Source: a virus. Taken from it: 64,000 bases of DNA. Location: the IMG/VR virus record IMGVR_UViG_3300050821_005814, positions 1-64,000 of that record; one strand, given 5' to 3'. The translations under genes were made by a program, and so were the position numbers. The notes under the pieces were generated by a model that was given only the letters and a program-made list of their open reading frames with translations, had not been told where the DNA came from and ran no database searches. This document shows, one piece after another, positions 9,512-18,091 of the stretch; position 1 is the first letter of the stretch, and every line of letters starts with the position of its first letter.

Positions 9512-9871
9512 CTAAGGGCAGGTAATCTCGAACAGCTGCGTACCACTGCTATCTGTCACAAGGAATGGACGCGTGCCATGCTTGTAGCAAGTGATCACCG
9601 GCTTGAAGCTATCTGGCAGCACCAACGTGTTCTCCGCGTACCCTGGGATTGCAAGCTCACCAAACTGCATGCCTGTTCCCTTGCGCTGCTCACCAGGGTT
9701 TAGCTTACTGATGCTAAACAAAGTATCCCATGATAGCGGTAGTTTGCAGCCGGATTGCTCGTAGCAAGGCGGAATGTCACCACCGATAGTAACGCTTGCA
9801 GTCTGCGCATACGCAACAGCAGCAAGAGTAGGCGGGGCAATGAGCCCCGCCAGTAGCAGCAGTCGCAGCAT
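9512..9871 (-). CDS. Small exported protein (Sec signal peptide)
   Basis: MLRLLLLAGLIAPPTLAAVAYA|QT; four Cys. Confidence 0.6.
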   Translation of the reverse strand: MLRLLLLAGLIAPPTLAAVAYAQTASVTIGGDIPPCYEQSGCKLPLSWDTLFSISKLNPGEQRKGTGMQFGELAIPGYAENTLVLPDSFKPVITCYKHGTRPFLVTDSSGTQLFEITCP

Positions 9872-10335
9872 TACTGAAGCGGCGGCGGTTTGTCAGACGG
9901 ATCAAGCAGCGGGAAGATCTGCATGATCACGTTCGTGCCATAGACCTGACCAACAAGCTTCTTGACGACGACGATCTCACTCGCCGTGAGCGTCGCTGTC
10001 TTGTCGTCCTTGATGCGCTCAGCAAGCGCACCACGCGCCCACTTCTGTTCAGGCGATACGCTGCTGACACCCTGCGCATTCGTTTCGCTAGGCAAGTTCG
10101 CAAACAGCGCATTCGCGATTGCATGTCCGACTGTCAAGTTGCCGCATGCCGAGCAATCGATACCACCGGGCTTCGTAGCGTCCGCCTTGCCTTCCAACTG
10201 ATCGATGATCGGCTTGCCTTGCGGATCCTTGAGCACGACTGTCATATCGATGACGCGGGGCGGAGGTGTATCGGCTGCCATGCCGACCTGAATTCCGGCG
10301 AGCAGCAGCACGCCAGCAAGTACATAGGCTTTCAT
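9871..10335 (-). CDS. Signal-peptide protein resembling phage fibre-associated chaperones
   Basis: MKAYVLAGVLLLAGIQVGMA|ADT; L.D..GKPI...LT.G...ANAL...KW.R..LA..I...LT..E...KK pattern seen in small genes following tail fibres; CxxC. Confidence 0.6.
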   Translation of the reverse strand: MKAYVLAGVLLLAGIQVGMAADTPPPRVIDMTVVLKDPQGKPIIDQLEGKADATKPGGIDCSACGNLTVGHAIANALFANLPSETNAQGVSSVSPEQKWARGALAERIKDDKTATLTASEIVVVKKLVGQVYGTNVIMQIFPLLDPSDKPPPLQ

Positions 10336-10370
10336 TTCCTGACCTCATCTTAGGGTTGTAGGCTAGCGCG

Positions 10371-10382
10371 CATAATATACCC
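10371..10382 (-). promoter_or_regulatory. Putative phage promoter -10 motif GGGTATATTATG
   Basis: Member of the recurrent intergenic GGGTATAT(T)G family; ~35 nt upstream of the 10335 start. Confidence 0.5.
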
Positions 10383-10408
10383 GATCCGCTCGCGCGCTTT
10401 CTAGAGCG

Positions 10409-12484
10409 TCATGTCGTCGGGCTGATCATCCATTTCCAATCGGACCTGAATGAGGAGACGACGTTTGCATATGCAAGTTGCCCATTAAGGTAGCTTGTCG
10501 GATTGACAGACCCCGCAGTGCCTGCTGTGAAGCCCATCGCCATCCCGCAACGTAGAATGTTGAAGTACGGGTAAAACCCAGCAATGCCTGTACCCGTGTT
10601 GACGAGATGCGTGTTGTCGATTGGCGTGAACCCTTCTGTCGCGCCTGCTGTGTTTTGGAAGTTCCACTCATCAGGCCAATTCGTGACATTCGGTCCCCAT
10701 ACAAGCTGATTTACACCAGCCGCATGCGTGCTCGGTGCACTGAGATTCCAGACAGTCGCAGACGCGAAGCTCGTGATCGTATAGGTGTTACCAGCGATGA
10801 CGACGTTGAATGGAAACGTCGACGGGAAGATGGCGGAAGGCGCTGCTGTCGTCGGGTAGAGCCCGCCGCTCACTGCATTAGCGAATGCAAGTGCGCAACT
10901 TGGATTCAACGTGATCGTCGTGTCGCCTATATTGAGCGGCGTACTTGCATCAAGCGTTGCAATGCCCCCGACTGGCGCATCATACCAGTTGGGCATCGAC
11001 TTGTTCCACCCGCTCGTGCCATTCGTCCGGTTGACTGCACTTGTGATCAAGCCTGCTGCAAGCGTAAGGATGCCTGTCGGTACTGTCAGTACGCCATTCG
11101 TGTTCCAGTAGACGCCAAGGTTTGCTATGATTGTCTGATAGTCATTCTCCCATGGCGACACCACACCGACCAGCGGATCCGCTACGCTCGGCGTGTACAT
11201 ATTTAAGCCGGTCCACAAATTGCTGGGCGTTGTCGTCACCCACTGCGTAATCGTATTCCCATATTGCGTCAGGATGGTATTGACTTGCGTTTTTGACAGC
11301 AACCAATTTGGCGTACTGCTTCCAGTGCAAATCACTGCCATCATTGCAGTGCGAATCGGCCATGCCATATACCGGCCGGAGTTTGAGTAGCGAAACCCTT
11401 GTCCAAAGTTGAGCAGGTCCCTGTTCATCTGGAACTGGATGTTTTCCAGATAGTAGGGATCGCCAGTCATCATGAAAGCAAGATACGAGAAGTTCGGACT
11501 ATGCCCCGCATCGTAGGTCATGTTTGACCCGCCGACATACGGGTACTGGTAGACTGTCTGCACTAGCGTGCCGCCAGGCGACGCGCCTGACACTAAGCTT
11601 GCGCGTTGGAATGCACCAGTCGGCGTGCAATCAAGCGGCGCAAGCGTTCCCGTGAATGAGCCGCCAGATGCACGCGTATCGCGGTAGACCAGGTTCCAGC
11701 TACAGGCGGCCTCAGCGATCTGAAATATATTGCCGATCGCATTACCCGTGCAGAGGTAGTAAGCTTGCCACTCAGTGAAAGGTCCGATCTCTGGACGATT
11801 GCCGCCCTGGATCATCGGCTGAACCAGTCCCGCATTACCGAGGATCGTATAGGTCTCGGTCGTTGGTACTGTCGATCCAGCACCGCTCAGTCCCGATCCT
11901 GAGTACGGCGGCAGGTAGAAGTTAGCTAATAGTTGCGCAGCTGTTTGCGTTACGGGGCGTGGGTTGCCTATCGCCCATGTCCCGCCGTTTTGTGAGCATA
12001 CCCGCCAACGCGTGCACCATGGATGCGCAGCTACGGTTGTAGAATAAACTGTCGTACCGTTGTTAGTGATCGTTATCGTATAACCAGCAGCAATATCAAC
12101 AGCACCGCTCGTCGCACTACCGTCGCCATATTCAAGCCTGCATGCTGTGACGTTTTGTGTACCTGCTGTATCGACCTCGAAGTACAAACGGAAGTTAGCT
12201 AAGCCTGAATTTGTGATAAGCGTGGGGACCATCGTGAACTGGCTGCTACCGCCACGTCCCCAATCGGTATAAGACTGCTGCGCGGTGACGGTCTGACCGG
12301 AGCCACCAGCCATGGCATAGTTGTAGGTGCCTGCAAATGCACCGCTCGGCACAACGATCTGTGCTGCAAGCCCACTTGCTGCAACGACTGCTCCAACACC
12401 GCGAACAATCGCATGCGCTTTGCGCGCTGTCGCTGAAGCAACGGCACCTCCTAGGAAGCCTCGACGTGAGAGCTTATACGTCAT
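10409..12484 (-). CDS. Tat-exported protein, putative alpha/alpha-barrel carbohydrate-active enzyme
   Basis: MTYKLSRRGFLGGAVASATARKAHA| twin-arginine signal; internal GNRPEIGP..EW, YDAGHSP..SYL.FMMTGDPYYLE motifs. Confidence 0.6.
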   Translation of the reverse strand: MTYKLSRRGFLGGAVASATARKAHAIVRGVGAVVAASGLAAQIVVPSGAFAGTYNYAMAGGSGQTVTAQQSYTDWGRGGSSQFTMVPTLITNSGLANFRLYFEVDTAGTQNVTACRLEYGDGSATSGAVDIAAGYTITITNNGTTVYSTTVAAHPWCTRWRVCSQNGGTWAIGNPRPVTQTAAQLLANFYLPPYSGSGLSGAGSTVPTTETYTILGNAGLVQPMIQGGNRPEIGPFTEWQAYYLCTGNAIGNIFQIAEAACSWNLVYRDTRASGGSFTGTLAPLDCTPTGAFQRASLVSGASPGGTLVQTVYQYPYVGGSNMTYDAGHSPNFSYLAFMMTGDPYYLENIQFQMNRDLLNFGQGFRYSNSGRYMAWPIRTAMMAVICTGSSTPNWLLSKTQVNTILTQYGNTITQWVTTTPSNLWTGLNMYTPSVADPLVGVVSPWENDYQTIIANLGVYWNTNGVLTVPTGILTLAAGLITSAVNRTNGTSGWNKSMPNWYDAPVGGIATLDASTPLNIGDTTITLNPSCALAFANAVSGGLYPTTAAPSAIFPSTFPFNVVIAGNTYTITSFASATVWNLSAPSTHAAGVNQLVWGPNVTNWPDEWNFQNTAGATEGFTPIDNTHLVNTGTGIAGFYPYFNILRCGMAMGFTAGTAGSVNPTSYLNGQLAYANVVSSFRSDWKWMISPTT

Positions 12485-13497
12485 CAGTACGTAACACTGA
12501 TCTCGCCCGATGTGCCTAGTCCGCCAGTACCTGGCGTTGTTGCAGCTCCGCCACCGCCTCCACCACCGCCGCCATAGAGGCCGCCATTGCCGCCATTGCC
12601 TGCAGTAGTGCCTTTACCACCACCACCGCCACCGCCACCTGAACCCGACGTCGCAGACTCTTCTTCACCTATCGCGCCATTGCCGCCAGCACCAGCATTG
12701 GTCGTGCCGTTACCAAACCCACCGCCGCCGCCTGCACCGCCGAACGTCGCGGAGGGGGTGCCATTACCACCAGTCGGCGTAGCTGAAACGCCTGCTGTAC
12801 CACCGCCTGTTGCATTTGAGTTGTTACCACCAACGCCGCCATTCGTGCCATTGACAGCACCTGCTGTACCACCATCAGCTCCGCCGCCCCCGCCACCACT
12901 CGTCGCAGCAGATGACCCACCAAGGCCGCCATTCTTGCCTGTGCCAATTGCACCGCCTGCAGCACCACCACCACCACCCGCATTGCCTGTACCTGAACCG
13001 CCGCCTGACCCACCAGCATTTGCAGTGCCGCCAGTGCAGGTATTGGTCTGCGTACGACCGCCGGCCGTTGTGCCGACTGCTGATGCGCCATAGTCGCCAG
13101 TACCAATCGTCGCGTTCGTATCATCCTTCAGCAGCGTTGGCAGTGTGCCGCCATGCGTGCCAATCTGCACCGTCAAATGATCATTGGCGGCAATATGCGT
13201 AGGAGCCGTCAACTTGCAGTACCCGCCCCCCTGACCGCCAGCACCGCCAGCAGGAACGGTCGTCCCCGCTGATCCATCACCACTGCTACCCTTCATCGTC
13301 CAGACAGCTGTGCCGTTTAAGTAGTCGGACGGCACAATAAGCAGCGTACCGCTTGTCTGGATGCAGGTCTTGCTCGGCGAGCTGCCAGTACAAGTCATCG
13401 TTGTACCTGACGCCACGGTACCGCCAGCGCGCGGGGGCAACGCATCCGCGGGTATCGCTGCGATTAGGAGTGCTAGCAGTGCAATAGGCGTGCGCAT
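12484..13497 (-). CDS. Glycine-rich exported/fibre protein
   Basis: Signal-like MRTPIALLALLIAAIPADA|; GGxGG repeats; C-term G..GEISVTY typical of phage glycine-rich domains. Confidence 0.7.
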   Translation of the reverse strand: MRTPIALLALLIAAIPADALPPRAGGTVASGTTMTCTGSSPSKTCIQTSGTLLIVPSDYLNGTAVWTMKGSSGDGSAGTTVPAGGAGGQGGGYCKLTAPTHIAANDHLTVQIGTHGGTLPTLLKDDTNATIGTGDYGASAVGTTAGGRTQTNTCTGGTANAGGSGGGSGTGNAGGGGGAAGGAIGTGKNGGLGGSSAATSGGGGGGADGGTAGAVNGTNGGVGGNNSNATGGGTAGVSATPTGGNGTPSATFGGAGGGGGFGNGTTNAGAGGNGAIGEEESATSGSGGGGGGGGKGTTAGNGGNGGLYGGGGGGGGGAATTPGTGGLGTSGEISVTY

Positions 13498-13506
13498 CAG
13501 ATACCT

Positions 13507-15867
13507 CTATGGCTGCGCAAACGGTGTGCCGGCGTCGTAGCGAGCCTTTGCAGGCAAGCCTGAGTAGGTTGTGCAGGGGCCTGGCCCAGAAGCAGCAGCG
13601 ACCTTTGTCGCGCCTTGTGAGTTGACCCACGGCCATGAGTAGCTGCAAGTCGCTCCTGCGCTGAAGTATGCAGGGGCGCTGGACAGGTATAGCGAGTTCG
13701 GTAGCGTTGTCGTGAAGCCTGTCGTTGAATCAAGCGCGTTGCGCACGTAATCAAAGTTCTGACTGCGAAAAATCCACTGTGGGCTGACCGCTGCTGTCAA
13801 GTTTGCATCCGGTGCAGGCCACTCACTACCAACCCATCCTGTCATCCAAAGACATTTATTGGTGCATCCGCTATGCGCGCTAAACGCACCCTGATACGAC
13901 CAACCATTCCCTGCTGTTGTAAGACCTGCAAGCCCAAGCACGTTTCCAATGTATGCGTAGAAAACATTCAATGCCATAGGACCGGCAGCACGACGCGGCC
14001 CAGGAGAAGTGGCAGGAGGCGTTGCTCCTCCGCCAGATCCCCACGCTATATCTGCTGCATCGTTAACAATGCGTCCTGTACTAGCTTCAGTCCAGGTTGA
14101 TCGCGTCGCTGTGCAGTTGTTGCGGAAGAATACGTGATACGCAGCGCTACCATGCGTCTCATCACCATCGCAGTTGTCTGCCCAGTTACCTTCGAACAGT
14201 ACGTGATTCGTGCCCGCATAGTGGCTGCTATTGAGCGACATGTCCTCCCAAGAAGGCCCTATGACACTCTGCATATACGCATGGTCGTCAACGTAGTTGT
14301 ACGAGATGACATTCGTTGTCGAGCCTCGACCGACCATTCCCTTGCCGCCGCGCAGGATGATGCTGTCTTGGACGAGAACTTGCGTCGACGCGGAGTCCAA
14401 CGCTACGGGGTACTCGACGCCATTGTTCTCGCAGTCGGTGCAGTCATGGGAGAACAGTTCATCGATTTCTACACGCGCTGAATACTCAATGTTGACGGCG
14501 CCTGAGATCCAATTACGCACCTCCACGTTCTTAACCCAGCTCAGAGCTGCGAACTCAAACGAAATCCCACCATTCGGTGGACGATCAATGTACAAGTTTT
14601 CGATGCCGGCTTGCTGCAAGAACGGGTTGGCGGACGGCCCCTGCACGGTCGGCCAGTAGACACGCGCGTCATGGCTGCCAGACTGGCGGAAACCATTCGA
14701 GAGGGGCGCATCAAACGTGAGAGTACCAGAACCAATGGACGTAATCTTATGGATTTCAGATGTCAGTCGATTCGGACTAAATGAATAAGTACTTGGTTCA
14801 TCTCCTCCCTCAAACCGTCCGACTTGCGGTGAGCCGACATTGCTAGACCACTCCGGTGAAGCGTTGATTGCAGCGCCGCCGGTTGGATTCGTTGTGCTTA
14901 CAACTGCGGGGTTCTCGTCAATCAGCGCATACATACCAACTGAGAAATTAGCAGTACTTGATACGCTAACAGTCGTAGCGCCCGCAGCAGCATCTGCAGT
15001 TAGCGTTGCCCCGCAGCCAGTCGGCGTCGTGCCGAGGAAGCATCCGGCCCAACCCCAATTGAATGTCCCAGACGGCGATACGAGAAAGACCGGGCCGCCC
15101 GAGCACGTGACAAGGTTTGTTGCTGAGGTGCCGCAGGTAACGCCCGCCTGCGTTGTGCTGACCCACCAATCAGGAATTGCGCCGTTGTCAACTGTGATCC
15201 CAGATGGCCAGCAAGGCACGCCAGTACCGAAGAAGATGTTGTCCCCGCTCGCGACGCCAGTGCCAGTCGCGTTACCGGATAGCGTGACGGTCGTGCTCGT
15301 AAAGCTTGCAACAGTCAAGCCAGTGATCACGCCGCTCGAGATGTTCGTTTTGTCTTGCACCGTCATCCCGACTGCAACTGTCGCTGGAACTGATGCAAAC
15401 GACAGGACGTTGTTTCCTGCTGCTGTTGCCGCGTTGGTAGTCACGCCTCCGCCAATAATGCCGCACGTACCTGTCGGCGATCCAGCCCCTCTGATTGTGA
15501 TTGCTTTGTTGAGCAAAATTGACGTTTCCGACATCGTGATGTGGAACGCGCCATTCAGCGAAACAACCTGCCCTGCTGTGCATGCCGCAATAGCAGCGGT
15601 GATCTTTGATGCATCATCGCCTGACGCTGGCGGCGTGATGCCGCTTGGCGTGACAGTCTGGCAGATCGTGTTGCGCGTGGGGATGCCGCTAATGCTTGCC
15701 AACCCAGCGTTGGGCCAATTCGTAGTCGACAGGTCATTGTATGCAGGCAGCACGGGCTGGCTTACTGCTACAATACCCGTGCCATGCGGCGGTGCTGCTA
15801 ATGCAAAGTCCGGTATGAACCATGCAAGCATCAGCAGCAGATTGAAGATGAAGCGGTATGTGCGCAT
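13507..15867 (-). CDS. Pectin-lyase-like beta-helix protein (putative depolymerase/adhesin) with signal peptide
   Basis: Start ATG 15867 (TGATG overlap): MRTYRFIFNLLLMLAWFIPDFALA|; DDASKITAAIAAC...ITIRGAG, GIENLYI, SWVKNV, NVISYNY, NHVLFEGN beta-helix pattern. Confidence 0.7.
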   Translation of the reverse strand: MRTYRFIFNLLLMLAWFIPDFALAAPPHGTGIVAVSQPVLPAYNDLSTTNWPNAGLASISGIPTRNTICQTVTPSGITPPASGDDASKITAAIAACTAGQVVSLNGAFHITMSETSILLNKAITIRGAGSPTGTCGIIGGGVTTNAATAAGNNVLSFASVPATVAVGMTVQDKTNISSGVITGLTVASFTSTTVTLSGNATGTGVASGDNIFFGTGVPCWPSGITVDNGAIPDWWVSTTQAGVTCGTSATNLVTCSGGPVFLVSPSGTFNWGWAGCFLGTTPTGCGATLTADAAAGATTVSVSSTANFSVGMYALIDENPAVVSTTNPTGGAAINASPEWSSNVGSPQVGRFEGGDEPSTYSFSPNRLTSEIHKITSIGSGTLTFDAPLSNGFRQSGSHDARVYWPTVQGPSANPFLQQAGIENLYIDRPPNGGISFEFAALSWVKNVEVRNWISGAVNIEYSARVEIDELFSHDCTDCENNGVEYPVALDSASTQVLVQDSIILRGGKGMVGRGSTTNVISYNYVDDHAYMQSVIGPSWEDMSLNSSHYAGTNHVLFEGNWADNCDGDETHGSAAYHVFFRNNCTATRSTWTEASTGRIVNDAADIAWGSGGGATPPATSPGPRRAAGPMALNVFYAYIGNVLGLAGLTTAGNGWSYQGAFSAHSGCTNKCLWMTGWVGSEWPAPDANLTAAVSPQWIFRSQNFDYVRNALDSTTGFTTTLPNSLYLSSAPAYFSAGATCSYSWPWVNSQGATKVAAASGPGPCTTYSGLPAKARYDAGTPFAQP

Positions 15868-17342
15868 CAGTGAAACGCCGCCGCTGCTGCGAAGCACGTC
15901 GACCCCGCGAAGGAGATCAACGTCCATGTCCAGTTCTCAGCAGCAGTCGTTGAGTTGTACAGAATGGCCATACCATCCCCATTGTTCATGAAATCAGCAT
16001 CCGCATCGCCTGTGTAATTGACGAGCGCATACTGCGCTCCTGCAGGCGATGTTACGCCAGTCGTGTAACTGCTTGGTGCAAAATGACCGATGACCAAACC
16101 ATTCGAGTGCGTTGGCGTGATGTTCGGCGCACCGCCAAACGATGTCACGCTTGAGCAGCTACCTGTCGGTGCAAGCGCCGCCCCGACATCAAACGCCGTT
16201 GCATTTAGTACATCAAACATGCGCACTGTCGTGTTAGGTGTCGTGTTAGCAGCGCTGCTGTAGTGCACCGTGACGAATGTGTTGCCCGTCGATGCTGCGC
16301 AGAAGCAGTACCATATGAATTTGTTGCTGTCAGCGGAAAGCCACGTGTTGCCGTCGCTATCCGTCACGGCTGGCGTCTGAAACGACCAACCAAAGCCTTG
16401 CAGGAACGACCCATCCATGATGCGCAGGTTGCCGGTGAACTGCGCTTGCAGCACCCAGTTAAAGTTTGCTGGCGCGATGGGCGCTGCTGTGAGGTCCAGG
16501 AGCTTGCGGACGTAGATAGTACTCGGCAGTGATCCGCCTGCTGATGCTACTTTCAGCGGGACCGTGATGACGTTGAAGTGGTCGCTCGTGTTCCCTGCAA
16601 TCGTCATGGACGGCGTTGTCGCTGCTGCCGTGCGCTGCAAGAACATCTGCGTCGCATGGTAGAACGACGTGTTCGAGTTCCATGCAGTATCCTGGTCGAC
16701 TTGCGTGTACCCACTTGCGGCCGTGTAGGATGTCGGGTTACCAGCGCCTGTACCACTCGCCATCGCTAGGTAGCTGTAGACGAGTGTGCCGCCAGCAGCA
16801 TCGTTGTTTGACGGCGTGAGTGAGCCTGGGTTGACGACACTCGTCCCAGCATTGATCGCCGAATTAGCAACGCATGAGGCCGTGCCATTGACAGGCGACG
16901 CTGTCGCTATGTTGTTGAACTCAACAAGCGTCATCTGGAAGGGACGCGTCAACGATGTCAAGTTGACTGTGACAAAGTCCCGTCCTGCAGGCATGGCAGG
17001 CACAAGCCAAACGGCTGTCGTGTAGTTGCCTACTCCCGCATCTGCTGTGCAGATAGGCGATCCAAACGTTGTACCATTCGTGTCCGTGATCGAAGAGAAT
17101 GTGCCGTGCGGGTAAGACACGCCGACATATAGCAGGTCATTCGCTTGGATCGCATTGGGTAGCTGGCGAACGTAGTTGTTGCCGTTAAACCCAGCGCCCC
17201 CTGGATTGACGGTTGTTGATGCCTGCTGAATGATCACAGGCGTTGGCGGACCACCCCCACTGACAATCCCCCCGCCATGCGGAAGGAATGCTAGTGCGGG
17301 ATGCGATAGCAGCAGCGCGAGAAGAACGAGCAGACGCTTCAT
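15867..17342 (-). CDS. Exported two-domain beta-sandwich protein
   Basis: MKRLLVLLALLLSHPALA|FLPHGGG; two copies of the (I/V)TD..G.T(F/W) module. Confidence 0.65.
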   Translation of the reverse strand: MKRLLVLLALLLSHPALAFLPHGGGIVSGGGPPTPVIIQQASTTVNPGGAGFNGNNYVRQLPNAIQANDLLYVGVSYPHGTFSSITDTNGTTFGSPICTADAGVGNYTTAVWLVPAMPAGRDFVTVNLTSLTRPFQMTLVEFNNIATASPVNGTASCVANSAINAGTSVVNPGSLTPSNNDAAGGTLVYSYLAMASGTGAGNPTSYTAASGYTQVDQDTAWNSNTSFYHATQMFLQRTAAATTPSMTIAGNTSDHFNVITVPLKVASAGGSLPSTIYVRKLLDLTAAPIAPANFNWVLQAQFTGNLRIMDGSFLQGFGWSFQTPAVTDSDGNTWLSADSNKFIWYCFCAASTGNTFVTVHYSSAANTTPNTTVRMFDVLNATAFDVGAALAPTGSCSSVTSFGGAPNITPTHSNGLVIGHFAPSSYTTGVTSPAGAQYALVNYTGDADADFMNNGDGMAILYNSTTAAENWTWTLISFAGSTCFAAAAAFH

Positions 17343-18091
17343 GGAGCCGTAGGCGAGAAGAAGGATGCGAGAGCGGCTGGCGTTCCCCCGCCAGCAGCGA
17401 GAAGATTGAGACCAGCGCCAACGAGGTTCGTGTTGCCGCTGGCGTTATCTGTGAGGGTTGTCGTAGTCGTCGTGCTCAGCAGATAGTTCCCTGCGTCATT
17501 GATAGAAGCACCTGCCGTGTTGCTCCACAGTGACGTGCCATTCATCGTCATCGATGGGTCCGGCGAGTTGAACACTGCCGTGCACATATTGCCGTTGGCG
17601 CTCGTTATCGGAATCGAAATTGCCGCCGTGCTTGCTGGATTAGTAAGCGATGTGCCATTTGTACAGGGCGTAGACTGATTAACGCCAGAGAACTGCACTG
17701 CTATGTAGTCGACTTCTCCCGCCGTTCCTGTCCAACTGATGCTAAGCGTCTTGGCGCCTGTGGCGGGTGCGGCAAGACAGAACATCGCTACCTGCGACGA
17801 ACTTGCACCATCGTAAAGAGATGTGCCGGTGACTGCCGGGACGGTCACACCGTTCCAAGTTGCTGCATATGTCAGAGTTCCGCCCGAGCTTGCTGCAATG
17901 TAGACAACCAACGCTGAGTTGGCTGCACCTGTGACCGTCAGACTGGTATTGGTAAGCGGCGAAGTTGGAGATGCGTCATTAGTAGAAATTGTCCCCTTAG
18001 CTACAAAAGCAACTGCCGCCTCTGCTGTCTGACTAAGCGCGAACAGACAGCAGAGAATTACCAGGAAGTGCTTGAGTCTCTTCATGCTCAT
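17339..18091 (-). CDS. Exported beta-sandwich protein
   Basis: MKRLKHFLVILCCLFALSQTAEA|AV; TWNG, L.APATG, FSGVNQ..P motifs. Confidence 0.65.
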   Translation of the reverse strand: MSMKRLKHFLVILCCLFALSQTAEAAVAFVAKGTISTNDASPTSPLTNTSLTVTGAANSALVVYIAASSGGTLTYAATWNGVTVPAVTGTSLYDGASSSQVAMFCLAAPATGAKTLSISWTGTAGEVDYIAVQFSGVNQSTPCTNGTSLTNPASTAAISIPITSANGNMCTAVFNSPDPSMTMNGTSLWSNTAGASINDAGNYLLSTTTTTTLTDNASGNTNLVGAGLNLLAAGGGTPAALASFFSPTAP

